Below are positions 36,905-46,814 of a stretch of 64,000 nt of DNA, in pieces. Every line of letters begins with the position of its first letter. The first letter of the stretch is position 1. The notes beneath the pieces were generated by a model, which saw nothing but the letters and a program-made list of their open reading frames with translations, had not been told where the DNA came from and searched no databases. The DNA is from Thermoguttaceae bacterium (lineage in GTDB: Bacteria > Planctomycetota > Planctomycetia > Pirellulales > Thermoguttaceae), in assembly GCA_050949645.1 (NCBI GenBank), contig JBMNGC010000001.1, positions 558,963 to 622,962 on the forward strand, given 5' to 3'. Made by a program: the position numbers and the translations under genes.

Positions 36905-39852
36905 CCGGCTTCCGATACATTCGGCGCAGCGATGATAACGAAAACGGAAACATTGCAGAATACGATCTTTATGCGCTAGAAACCCCCGGCGAAAACATTC
37001 CGAATTCTGAATTTCCAGCAGAGTTGCTTGCGTCCAACTTTACGTCCGACGGAGTCTGGAACGTTGACCTCGGCGACCCTGTTGCTTCCGGAACGTTTAG
37101 CGAGGATTCGACGCTTGTCGAGTTCAAAGAGCCTGTGAAAACCCAATATGTTGTTTTTCAGGCGCGACGCGAGCAACGCGATCAACATTTTGCCGCCGTC
37201 GCCGAACTCGAACTTCTCGCGGATGGATTACGATTTCTTTCTGAGACGAGGACTCCGACCTTAGCGCAGAAAATCGATCTTGAGGACGCGATCGATTGCG
37301 TCCGCGCGTTCCTGAACGCGGACTCTGAGACTGACGTCGAAACGCCATATTTCCTCGATCTGGTCGATCAGTTTAATCGAATGGTTGAAGAACTTGGTCG
37401 CCCTGAATATTATGAAGCGATAGCAGTGCAGCTTCCGTCTCCGCAAAACGGCCTTCTGGAATCAGATCGCGATCCGGTCGACATTATCCTTCGCCGTACT
37501 CAAGCGTTATGGCTTAGTTTGCGCGACGCCGACGCCGACGACGTAGATGCACTTCCTGCTCAAGAGCGCGATTTCTTCCAAAAGCTGAACAATGCGTCCG
37601 CGGAGATTCCGATCGAAGACGTCTCTGCGCGTTTTGAGCTTTTCCTTAAGATAGCGTTTGCTCGTCGCGCGCTTATGTTGAGCCACGACGAGCTAGATTT
37701 CAGGGAAATTCTTTTTGTTAAACGCAACCGCTCAAACTACAGTCATCTCTGCGACCAGTTCTATGGCCGCTCCGCAGTTCCCGGCGGCGGACTTTTCGTT
37801 TTATCGAATCCATTTGGAAATATGACGGACGTCGAAGAGCGAGGCGCACTTCTGTCGCATGTTATCGGCGTTGACGAAGCGTCTTCTGACTGGTCCGCGG
37901 TTTTGCCTGAACTCTATTCCCCCAAAACGCGCGACTTGCTCGCCAATTCTTCTGTAGTCGGGGATTCGCAACTCGCTGGAAAAAAACTTGAAGGCGGAGC
38001 CTTTATTGCGCCCGATCTTTCTTTCGACGGCGAAAAGATTGCATTTGCGTGGTGTGCCTGTCAGGGTTCGGCGGAGCACGTTGCGACGCTCGATCTTTCT
38101 CGAGGGCACACGCAGGAAGGACGGTGCTACCATATCTTTACCTGTAACGCTGACGGCAGCGAGCTTACGGAAATCACCCAAGGAACTTGGAACGATTTTG
38201 ATCCTTGCTTTATGCCCAATGGGAGAATAGCGTTCATTTCAGAACGACGCGGCGGATACCTTCGTTGCGGTCGCGACTGCCCTAACTACACGCTCTTCGA
38301 TATGGATCAGGACGGCGGTAAGATCCGCCCCTTGAGTTACCATGAGACGAACGAATGGGCTCCGAGCGTCTCTAACGACGGACAAATTCTGTGGACGCGC
38401 TGGGATTATATCGACCGCTTTGGCTGCATTGCGCATGGAGCTTGGTCGACGACTCCCGACGGTCGCAACCCGCGCGCTATCTGCGGTAATTACGCGCCGC
38501 GTCACCTTAGACCTGATTCCGTCCTTGATATTCGCGCGATTCCCGATTCGAATAAGCTGATTGCAACGGCGGGACCGCATCATGGTCAATCGTTTGGAAC
38601 CATTATCAAAATCGACCCTAACGCTCCGGACGATCCGATCAGCCCCATTGTGCGAATGACTCCCGACGTTGGCTTTCCTGAAAGTCAGAACGGCTCCCAG
38701 GTCTGGGGGACGCCGTGGCCACTCTCCGAGGATCTTTTCCTCGCAGTCGCCGACTATTCCTTTGAAATCGGCGATGGTACCGAAGGAGGACGATATTTTG
38801 CGGGCAACTATGGTATCTACCTGGCCGATGCGTTTGGCAATCGCGAGCTTATCTACCGCGACCCCGAGATTGGCGCCTCGACCCCAATTCCCTTTATCGC
38901 AAGGGAGACGCCGCCCGTAATTCCTGGGATAATCGACGAATCAGAAATCGAACATACGCCATACGTTACGCCTCCGCCATTTGACGGCGATAGGCCGCGC
39001 GCTGTCGTCACGATTCAGAATGTAAACGTTGCCGATTTGCCGATGGAACCTGAGCGAAAAGCGGTTGCCGTTCGTGTAATTCAGCTCTTCTGCATGTCCG
39101 TCCCTTCGGGCTACCCTCCCTATGAGATTGGCGTCCGAGAGGCGACGGCAACGGATTCCGTCAAGCTTGCAAGGCGAGTCTGGGGCGTTGCGCCCGTCGA
39201 AGAGGATGGAAGCGCGTGTTTCTATGTTCCTGCTAACTGTGAAATCTATTTCCAGACGCTCGATTCCGATGGCGTTGCGATTCGTTCGATGCGCAGCGGC
39301 CTCGCGTTGCGTCCAGACGAGAATCTTTCATGCGTCGGATGCCACGAACCTCGCGAAACGGCGGCGGCGCCTATGGTTCAGACGTCGGACAACTCGCTAT
39401 CCCTTCCACTTGCAATGCTTCGCGAGCCTTCGACCCTGGTTTCGGAAGGAATTGGAACGGAACCGGTGAACTTTCCTGAACTCGTCCAGCCAATCCTTGA
39501 AGCGCGATGCGTGGAATGCCATTCGGAGCAGGATTCGATCGATCAGGGCGCCCCTGATCTGTCGCGCGAGCCTGCGCATGGCTTTTACGCATCGTACTGG
39601 AATCTAGCGACACGCGGCTTTGCTATGACCGATTTTGGCGATCCCTTGCGGAGCATACCTGGAAAATTTGGCGCGCGCGGTTCGAAGCTTTATTCGTTGC
39701 TCGACGATCACTATGACGTCACGCTGACAGACGAGGAACGGCGTCGAATCGCGCTTTGGCTTGATACGACGTCAAATTTTTACGGTGTGTATGAAAAGGA
39801 GGGGTGTGAAAAGCAATTCCGGGGCGAACGTGCCTTTCCTACGCTTGAATAA
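36835..39852 (+). CDS. Discoidin C-terminal half plus PD40/TolB-like beta-propeller region plus two CxxCH motifs (HzsA-related architecture)
   Basis: KPFELRVDLGDVYELTGFRYIRR...AAVAELELL completes a discoidin domain. PD40-like blades are DLSFDGEKIAFAW, FMPNGRIAFISERRG and APSVSNDGQILWTRWDY. CVGCH lies at 39331-39345 and CVECH at 39508-39522. The TTG start at 36835 is only the first possible start after an in-frame stop, and no signal peptide follows it. Confidence 0.7.
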   Translation: MSRKYSPNKPFELRVDLGDVYELTGFRYIRRSDDNENGNIAEYDLYALETPGENIPNSEFPAELLASNFTSDGVWNVDLGDPVASGTFSEDSTLVEFKEPVKTQYVVFQARREQRDQHFAAVAELELLADGLRFLSETRTPTLAQKIDLEDAIDCVRAFLNADSETDVETPYFLDLVDQFNRMVEELGRPEYYEAIAVQLPSPQNGLLESDRDPVDIILRRTQALWLSLRDADADDVDALPAQERDFFQKLNNASAEIPIEDVSARFELFLKIAFARRALMLSHDELDFREILFVKRNRSNYSHLCDQFYGRSAVPGGGLFVLSNPFGNMTDVEERGALLSHVIGVDEASSDWSAVLPELYSPKTRDLLANSSVVGDSQLAGKKLEGGAFIAPDLSFDGEKIAFAWCACQGSAEHVATLDLSRGHTQEGRCYHIFTCNADGSELTEITQGTWNDFDPCFMPNGRIAFISERRGGYLRCGRDCPNYTLFDMDQDGGKIRPLSYHETNEWAPSVSNDGQILWTRWDYIDRFGCIAHGAWSTTPDGRNPRAICGNYAPRHLRPDSVLDIRAIPDSNKLIATAGPHHGQSFGTIIKIDPNAPDDPISPIVRMTPDVGFPESQNGSQVWGTPWPLSEDLFLAVADYSFEIGDGTEGGRYFAGNYGIYLADAFGNRELIYRDPEIGASTPIPFIARETPPVIPGIIDESEIEHTPYVTPPPFDGDRPRAVVTIQNVNVADLPMEPERKAVAVRVIQLFCMSVPSGYPPYEIGVREATATDSVKLARRVWGVAPVEEDGSACFYVPANCEIYFQTLDSDGVAIRSMRSGLALRPDENLSCVGCHEPRETAAAPMVQTSDNSLSLPLAMLREPSTLVSEGIGTEPVNFPELVQPILEARCVECHSEQDSIDQGAPDLSREPAHGFYASYWNLATRGFAMTDFGDPLRSIPGKFGARGSKLYSLLDDHYDVTLTDEERRRIALWLDTTSNFYGVYEKEGCEKQFRGERAFPTLE

Positions 39853-39890
39853 CATGTTGCAAAGCGCATGAATCTTGCAGATCTTCATTA

Positions 39891-39928
39891 GACGAACGCG
39901 AGGCGTTGAGAGCGCTGTCGCGTTCGTC
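39891..39928 (+). terminator. Hairpin downstream of the PD40/CxxCH gene (weak U-tract)
   Basis: 11-bp stem GACGAACGCGA / TCGCGTTCGTC with a 16-nt loop, followed only by TT. Confidence 0.35.
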
Positions 39929-40160
39929 TTCGGTCGGATAGCTTTGACCAATGATGACCTCTGGAGTCTGCGTGCGCTCTTAAACCAAGCTTGGCGACAA
40001 AGTTCCGCTGAGCCCAATTTGAGAGGAATTGTTTGAGCCTTGTAAATAAAGAGACTCGCCTAGACTCATTCTTTTCCAGGCTCAGGATAGACGTTCAGCA
40101 AGCGGGCGATTTGACCCGTCAACATTAGAAACGCCAATTTTTCTTTACTTTGACCTCCTG

Positions 40161-40188
40161 GCCTCGATCGCGAGATCGAGGCTTTTTT
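40161..40188 (+). terminator. Orphan intrinsic terminator in an intergenic region
   Basis: 9-bp stem GCCTCGATC / GATCGAGGC with a GCGA loop, followed by T6. It lies about 310 nt after the nearest upstream plus-strand stop. Confidence 0.6.
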
Positions 40189-40382
40189 CTTGTCGAGCCC
40201 ACAACTTCTGAAGATGGGAATTGAGATAAGAGAGGAAGCGAAAATTTTAACTTTAAACGTCTTGACCGAAAGTAACGAGGTTGTTTCTGCCTCGTGTTTT
40301 CGACTTAAGGTCGTTTTTATACCAGTTTGACTTGACCGAAGGAGAGCGTTGGTATTTACTTTTAATAGCATCCCCGACGCGC

Positions 40383-41123
40383 ATGAATCATGAGGTTCGA
40401 GCCTTGAAGAAAAACGCCAATAATAAAATGAAACACAACAGCGAACAGCGCTCGAGCGATTCGTCTCCCAAAAAGAGTGGAACTTTTAGTCGCTATGTTT
40501 TTAATTGTCTTCAATCGCGCCTTTCTTCGTGGCTGAAATATCGCGCGCCTGCGTTCTGGCGCAGACATTGGGGATATTATGTTCCTCAAAGCGACCTTTA
40601 TGAAGACTTTTGCGAAAATCGCAAACCGGTCGTTCTTGCTAAGGATATTCTAGGTAGAGAAGGAGAGAAGTTTGTCTTTGACAAGGTATTTCAGGACCCA
40701 GAATGCAACGTTATAGCCTGCAATACGGTAAATTACTACTGCGAGATCGATATCGTTTATCTTGACGAGACGACGAAAGAGATCGTTTTTGTCGAGGTCA
40801 AGACGCGTCGCTACAATGGACCTGATTTTCGGCCTGAGTTCTTCGCGCTTGATGCGAAACGCAAAAAGAAACTTGCGCTCGCGGGCAGACAGTTTATAAA
40901 AGAGCGCGGGTACGTTGAGTACCGGGATCGTTACGATCTTGCCGTTGTGATTTTTCCTAAAGATGCCGAGCCGATTTTACGGTACCATAAAGCCTTTTTC
41001 ACTTTTCTATCCGCTGTGAGAGGATACGGCGGCGACGATTTCGGAAAGACGCGGACTGAGAAGTATCTTAGAGACGACGTCCGCAAAAGACTGCATAGAG
41101 ATAAGAAAACGCCGCAAGACTGA
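40383..41123 (+). CDS. yraN: YraN-family (UPF0102) endonuclease-fold protein with N- and C-terminal extensions
   Basis: Core GREGEKFVFDKVF...CNVIACNTVNYYCEIDIVYLDETTKEIVFVEVKTRR matches the YraN E-x-D ... E-V-K restriction-endonuclease-like signature. The start is uncertain: TTG 40281 in the track, ATG 40383 preferred here. Confidence 0.65.
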   Translation: MNHEVRALKKNANNKMKHNSEQRSSDSSPKKSGTFSRYVFNCLQSRLSSWLKYRAPAFWRRHWGYYVPQSDLYEDFCENRKPVVLAKDILGREGEKFVFDKVFQDPECNVIACNTVNYYCEIDIVYLDETTKEIVFVEVKTRRYNGPDFRPEFFALDAKRKKKLALAGRQFIKERGYVEYRDRYDLAVVIFPKDAEPILRYHKAFFTFLSAVRGYGGDDFGKTRTEKYLRDDVRKRLHRDKKTPQD

Positions 41124-41185
41124 AGAGTCTTGCGGCGTTTCCTATTGAACTTAGAGTTCAGTCGGAGCTGATTCTCTAGGGTACT

Positions 41186-44100
41186 TTATTCTTCCTCTTG
41201 AAGTCGCTTAGCTTCAAGTTCGGCGGTACGCTTTTCTTCGGCAATCATTTCAGGAAGCTTTTTACCGCGTATCCTTGCCCAGCCTTCGCGTATGCGCTCG
41301 ATGGCGGAATACAGCGAAGGGATGAAAACGATACCGACAAGAGTCGCGGCGAGCATGCCGGAGAAGGTCGTGATACCGATTGCGCGACGGCTCCCCGCGC
41401 CAGCGCCTCTAGCGATGACGAGTGGGAATACGCCGAAGAGGAACGAGACCGCAGTCATGAGAACTGCACGGTAACGTTGGTCGGCGCCCATCATAGCGGC
41501 TTCGCGAATCGGAACGCCATTTTCGCGTTCGACCTTCGAAAACTCAACCATAAGGATCGCGTTTTTACTTGCCAGACCAATGAGCATGATCAAACCTAGT
41601 TGGGCGTAAATACTCATAGAAGTCTGTTGTCCGTTCATTAGCCCAATGAAAAGCCCCGTCATCGCTCCGAGCGTTGCGACGAAGACCGTCATGATGACTG
41701 GAATCGGCGTCGTCCAGCTTTCATACTGCGCTACCAGGAAGAGGTACGCGAAGATCACCGCCAGCGCAAGCAAAAGCCCAATGTTACCTGAGTTTTCCTT
41801 TTGCTGGTAAGCCATGCCCGTCCAGCCAATCCTGTAGTTGTTGGGCAGGGTGGTATCAGCGATCTCTTCAATCGCCTTGATATATTCGCCGGAACTGACT
41901 CCCATTGAAACCGCCGTAACGTTCGCAGAAGCCCACTGGTTGAAGCGCGTGATGATCTGAGGACCGACGACGCGTTTGACCGTTGCAATTGAGCTAAGCG
42001 GCACCATTTCGCCGTATTTGTTGGGAATATTCAGGTTGGAAATATCGTTGATCGAGGTGCGCTCGGATCTTTCCGCCTGCACTTGCACCTTGAAAACGAA
42101 ACCATAAAGGTTGAAGTCGTTGACATAGAAGGATGCAAGCTTATTCTGCAACGTGGTGAAGATCGCGTTGATCGGCACGCCCATCAACTCAGCTTTTTCT
42201 CGGTTGATTTCAAGCTCAAGCTGAGGCGTACTAGCATTGTAGGGAGACGTCGCAAAGAGCGTTCCCCTAACGTGCATAAGCTCCTCAGTAAAGTTCACCA
42301 CCTGTTCTGCAAGCTCCGACGGCGTCGCCGTATTCGAGCTGATAACAAATCCGACGCCCATACCAAGACCCATCATTGCCGGCGGCAACATGACTTGAAT
42401 CTTAGCTTCGGGAATATCGTTACCGATCTCCTGGAGCTGACGCTGAATCGACGTAATCTGCAGCTCTGGCGTCTTCCGTACGTCCCAGTCGTCGAGCTTG
42501 ACAATCGCCATCCCAACGTTTTCGCTATGGCCGCCGCCCGTGAGGCTAAAACCTCCGACAAGCATGATGGTGTCGATACATTTAACATGTTCAGAGACCT
42601 GGGCGTAAAATTCTTCCAGCACTTTGTCAGTTCTGGCAAGCGTCGCGCCTGGCGGAAGCTCGAAGGTGCACATAAGCGCCCCCTTGTCTTCATCGGGCAC
42701 GAAGGACGCGGGCAAGGTCGTGTACAACTTGTAGTTGGCGAAGATAACCAATACAAAGAGGGTCAGCGTCAGAGCCATACTGGCAACGAGGACCCGAGAG
42801 GCTCTCAGGTAAACCTTTCGCGAGAGGTTAAAGGGTTTATTGAACCACCCGAACCAGTCGATTTTTGTCTTTTTCGCGGGCTTGAGGAGCATCGCGCAAA
42901 GCGCCGGACTCAGCGAAAGCGCGTTGACCGTCGACAAGGTAAGGGCGATGCACATTGTCACGCCGAATTGCTTGTAGATTTCCCCGACCATACCGCCGTA
43001 GAAACAGACGGGCACATAAATTGCCAGAGTTACGAGCGTCGTCGCAATAATAGCTCCGGTAATCTTGTGCATACTCGCTCGCGTCGCCTCGACCGGTTCC
43101 ATTCCATTCTCAATATTGGTCATTACTCCTTCAACGACGACGATCGCGTCGTCGACAAGAGAGCCAATGACGAGAATCAACCCGAACATTGTCAGTAGGT
43201 TAATGCTATAACCTAAGACCATGAGGAAGGGGAAGGTTCCAAGCAACGATACTGGAATTGCGAGGGCTGGAATGAACGTTGCACGCCAGTTCTGAAGAAA
43301 CAGGTAGGTAACAAAGACAACGAGACACAGCGCGACGATCAGTGTTGTAATCGTTTCTCGAAGGGTCAAGTTAATAAAGATCGTCGGGTCATAGGCAATC
43401 TTATAGGAGACGCCTTCCGGAAAATGTTTTGCAAGTTCCTCGAGTTCTGCCTTGACCGAATCGATCGTTTCGAGCGCGTTGGCCTCCGGCGTCCGGTTGA
43501 CGCCAAGTACCGCGCACTCCCGGCCGTCAGACATAGCATGCGCGTTGTAGGTTTCGGAGCCGAGTTCAACTCGCGCTACGTCGCCGAGTCTGGTGACGTC
43601 GCCTTCCGCGTCAGTACGAACGACAATATTTTCAAACTCTTCGGGAGTCTTCAAGCGACCGAGAACATTGATCTTAAACTGCATAAAATCACTGCTGCCT
43701 TCGGTTCCGATCGAACCGGCGGCTGCTTGGATATTCTGCGAAGTGATTGCTGTTCTGACGTCGGCGGCAGAAATGCCCATCGCGGACATGCGCATCGGAT
43801 TGAGCCAGATACGCATGCTGTAGACGGAACCGCCAAGGAGGTCGCACGTACTCACTCCGTCGACGCGTCCTATCTCGTCTTTAACGTTAACGCGGAGGTA
43901 GTTGTTGAGCCCGCTCGTCGAAAGTCCACTCGTGGCTTCGTCCGTAAAGAACGTGATCATGCAGAGAATATCGCTGGAGCGCTTTGCAACCTGAACTCCC
44001 TGCGTTTTTACTTCGACCGGAAGTCGAGCTTCCGCTCTTTTAACCGCGTTTTGGACGTTTACCTGCGCAATGTCGGTGTCGGCCCCGAACCCAAAGGTAA

Positions 44101-44377
44101 TCTTGCAGAAGTAAGTGCCGCTGTTGTCGCTACTGGAGGAGTAGTAGAGCAAATGTTCGAGTCCGTTGAACTGCTCTTCGAGCGGCGCGGCGATTGTATC
44201 GGCGATTACCTGAGCGCTTGCGCCAGGATATGCCGTGAGGACATAGATTTCGGGGGGCGCAATTTCAGGATACTCGGCGACCGGCAGGTTGGGAATCACG
44301 ATGACGCCCGCGAGCACCATCACAACGCTCACCACCATAGCGAGCTTGGGTCTTCGAATAAAAACATCAGAAATCAT
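41186..44377 (-). CDS. RND efflux transporter permease (AcrB/HAE1-type)
   Basis: 1063 aa with a 12-TM architecture and two large periplasmic loops. N-terminus MISDVFIRRPKLAMVVSVVMVLAG. Its start overlaps the adaptor gene's stop (ATGA at 44374-44377). Confidence 0.9.
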   Translation of the reverse strand: MISDVFIRRPKLAMVVSVVMVLAGVIVIPNLPVAEYPEIAPPEIYVLTAYPGASAQVIADTIAAPLEEQFNGLEHLLYYSSSSDNSGTYFCKITFGFGADTDIAQVNVQNAVKRAEARLPVEVKTQGVQVAKRSSDILCMITFFTDEATSGLSTSGLNNYLRVNVKDEIGRVDGVSTCDLLGGSVYSMRIWLNPMRMSAMGISAADVRTAITSQNIQAAAGSIGTEGSSDFMQFKINVLGRLKTPEEFENIVVRTDAEGDVTRLGDVARVELGSETYNAHAMSDGRECAVLGVNRTPEANALETIDSVKAELEELAKHFPEGVSYKIAYDPTIFINLTLRETITTLIVALCLVVFVTYLFLQNWRATFIPALAIPVSLLGTFPFLMVLGYSINLLTMFGLILVIGSLVDDAIVVVEGVMTNIENGMEPVEATRASMHKITGAIIATTLVTLAIYVPVCFYGGMVGEIYKQFGVTMCIALTLSTVNALSLSPALCAMLLKPAKKTKIDWFGWFNKPFNLSRKVYLRASRVLVASMALTLTLFVLVIFANYKLYTTLPASFVPDEDKGALMCTFELPPGATLARTDKVLEEFYAQVSEHVKCIDTIMLVGGFSLTGGGHSENVGMAIVKLDDWDVRKTPELQITSIQRQLQEIGNDIPEAKIQVMLPPAMMGLGMGVGFVISSNTATPSELAEQVVNFTEELMHVRGTLFATSPYNASTPQLELEINREKAELMGVPINAIFTTLQNKLASFYVNDFNLYGFVFKVQVQAERSERTSINDISNLNIPNKYGEMVPLSSIATVKRVVGPQIITRFNQWASANVTAVSMGVSSGEYIKAIEEIADTTLPNNYRIGWTGMAYQQKENSGNIGLLLALAVIFAYLFLVAQYESWTTPIPVIMTVFVATLGAMTGLFIGLMNGQQTSMSIYAQLGLIMLIGLASKNAILMVEFSKVERENGVPIREAAMMGADQRYRAVLMTAVSFLFGVFPLVIARGAGAGSRRAIGITTFSGMLAATLVGIVFIPSLYSAIERIREGWARIRGKKLPEMIAEEKRTAELEAKRLQEEE

Positions 44378-45915
44378 GCGTTAACTCCTGCGTTTGGGAT
44401 CAAGAGAGACGCAAGATTTTTGTTTTTAGCGGAAGCGTGTTGCGCTGACACTGGGGCGCTCTCCCTCTTCTCCTGACCAGCTTGCTTTTCGGTCGATTCG
44501 GGTTGCTGCGCCTTGGATTGTGATCGCTCGTCTCGTGTAAAGGGCCTGATAAGATCGAAGGGACGCGCCTTGTTTACGCCGTCCATAACGACCATGTCTC
44601 CGGGCTCAAGACCTTGAAGAATCGTGTCAAGCGAACCGTCGGAAGGACCGACAACGACGTCGCGTCGTAGGACCAGACGATATTTCTCGTCGACTTTACC
44701 GTTGGCAAAATCAACGACCTCTTCTTTGGTCACGGGATCCGTATAGACGTAATTATGCGAAGCTTTGAATTCCCTGAGGAATTCCTCCTTGCTCTTATCA
44801 CCCTTTTCGACAGCTTCGACGTCTTTAGCAAAACGGGAGTCCGCCGCTATTTCCTTATAGAGCGATTCGTCGTCAATCGAATCGACTACAATGTAGACGT
44901 AATTCGTCTTGCCGTCAAACATAATGGCGGAGGGGAGAACGGCAGCAACAGGATTTCGAGCGCTTTTGGAGAGATTGACAGTCACAACGCCGCCGGGATT
45001 AAGGATCTCTTCCGGATTATTGAACTTTGCCCAGATCTTAATTGTGTCAGTTGTAGATTTGACAGAGTTGTCAATAAAACTGATCTCGCCGATCTGGTCG
45101 AATTCGGCGTCGTTTGGCAGAGTAAGCCTTATGGAAGAAGACTCCTTAAGAGCGTTGAGCGTTCCGAACATATTGAGGAAGTCGCGTTCGCTCATTGTAA
45201 ATCGGACGTAGATAGGATCCATCTGGACGACGCGAATCAACGGGGAACTTTGTGGAGTAACATAGTTTCCGGAAGAATAGGTGCGTCGGCCCGCGCGACC
45301 GTCGATCTGAGCGTATATCTTCGTATCCTTGAGATCTTCTTGAGCGAGCGCGAGCTTCGCGCGCGCGGAGGCAAGTTGGGCCTTGAGACTCTGAAGAGTG
45401 GCGTACGCGCTTTCTTTATCGTCCTTAGAACCTGCGTTTTTCTCATACAGATCGTTCAGGCGATTGTAATTACTCTGCGCGTAATTGATCCGCGCCTCAG
45501 CTTCCGCGATCGCGGCAAGTGACGCGTCGACTTGCGCCTGGTAGGGAATCGGGTCGATTTCAAAAAGAAGCTGACCTTTTTGTACATGGGAACCCTCTTC
45601 GAAGCCGGGCGCTACCGTAAGGGTACCGGCAACTCGGGCGACGGAATCAACTTGTTCAATCGCTTCAACGTAGCCCACATACTTTTTTCGCGTAACGGGG
45701 ACGGATTCAGTTGCAGACCCGACGACAACAGCAGAACGTGTCGGAGCAGCGGCGCCGCGGAGACCTTGAGCGTGGCCTACCGCGCAACTGCCCAGAACGA
45801 GAACGCAGCAGAGCGTTCCCTTAGCTAGAAACGATAAACGTATCACTTTTCCTCCCATTTGACGTCGAGAAACGATCAATATTTTTCTCATAGAAAATAT
45901 GTCGCCGACTTTCAA
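44374..45915 (-). CDS. RND efflux periplasmic adaptor (AcrA/MexA-type)
   Basis: Lipobox-like VLVLGSC, then lipoyl / alpha-hairpin / beta-barrel order (VAGTLTV...QKGQLLFEIDP...). It has a charged C-terminal tail. The track start is TTG 45915; ATG 45891 or ATG 45858 are more likely. Confidence 0.85.
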   Translation of the reverse strand: MKVGDIFSMRKILIVSRRQMGGKVIRLSFLAKGTLCCVLVLGSCAVGHAQGLRGAAAPTRSAVVVGSATESVPVTRKKYVGYVEAIEQVDSVARVAGTLTVAPGFEEGSHVQKGQLLFEIDPIPYQAQVDASLAAIAEAEARINYAQSNYNRLNDLYEKNAGSKDDKESAYATLQSLKAQLASARAKLALAQEDLKDTKIYAQIDGRAGRRTYSSGNYVTPQSSPLIRVVQMDPIYVRFTMSERDFLNMFGTLNALKESSSIRLTLPNDAEFDQIGEISFIDNSVKSTTDTIKIWAKFNNPEEILNPGGVVTVNLSKSARNPVAAVLPSAIMFDGKTNYVYIVVDSIDDESLYKEIAADSRFAKDVEAVEKGDKSKEEFLREFKASHNYVYTDPVTKEEVVDFANGKVDEKYRLVLRRDVVVGPSDGSLDTILQGLEPGDMVVMDGVNKARPFDLIRPFTRDERSQSKAQQPESTEKQAGQEKRESAPVSAQHASAKNKNLASLLIPNAGVNA

Positions 45916-46814
45916 GGATTGCTAATGAGCGCGCTATCCAAATTAGAGCGTTGCAAATTTCAAGCGCAAAGCTTTCCAAAACTACCGGACCGCGCTTATA
46001 CCAATTAACGGTTTCAATGGAGCGATCGTCAATGCACCCCAACCTAGAGCGATTCATCGTACCATAAAATACGATTATTACAAGACGGTTGGCAACGAGA
46101 CGTGACGCCACTTTTCGAAGTCCGGAGCCTACGGACGCGCCTTTCTTGGCGCGCCCAGCGCCCCTCTAAACTACATTATTTTGTGAAGGCAAAGACAGGA
46201 CTTCTATACGAGACTGGTATGTAAAAAGGTTCCGCTTGTCCACAAAAGCTTTCATTTTTTGATCGATTTCCATGCTTTTTACCTCTACAAGCGCTAATGA
46301 TTGTCTATCTTATCAGGTCTGCTTAAGCGGAACAATCGGCATAAAAGTAATAACCGTAACTGTTGTATTCATTGGAGTTGCCATATAAGCTAATTTTGCT
46401 AGGATTTCCAATCTGTTCTGAAAAATCGTCTAAAGCTAATTCAAAAGACTATGCGATAATGCTTCTGCAAGCGAAAGTGTCGATGCAACCGGCGAGATGA
46501 GATAAATGGAAAAAGTGTCTTCGCTTTGCGTTCGCCAGGGGACTGCGACCAACTATTGAAGAGCGAGAGGTAGACGTTTGCAAAAAATTGCGCATGAGGG
46601 ACCCAAAGGTTCGATATAAGTCGTTTCCCCTTTTCGGAACGGCGGTGCGCTTCGACGTGCGTTTCAAGTAGAACATCAACAAAGATTACGATAATCATTG
46701 GACGGTTTTCCGTCCAGAGAACTCGGCCGCGATATGCGTCAGGGAGGGCTCGTAAAGCGGTTGAGCAGCGTCGTTAATCTATGAACGAGATTTTTTTGTA
46801 CTGAGGTAACAAGG

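Noticed and set aside
42083-44476. 371-aa and 350-aa plus-strand ORFs (42083..43198 and 43424..44476) antisense to the RND permease.
   Set aside because: The RND gene is unambiguous, with 12 TM helices and conserved N-terminus. The antisense frames are R/H/D-rich low-information sequence.
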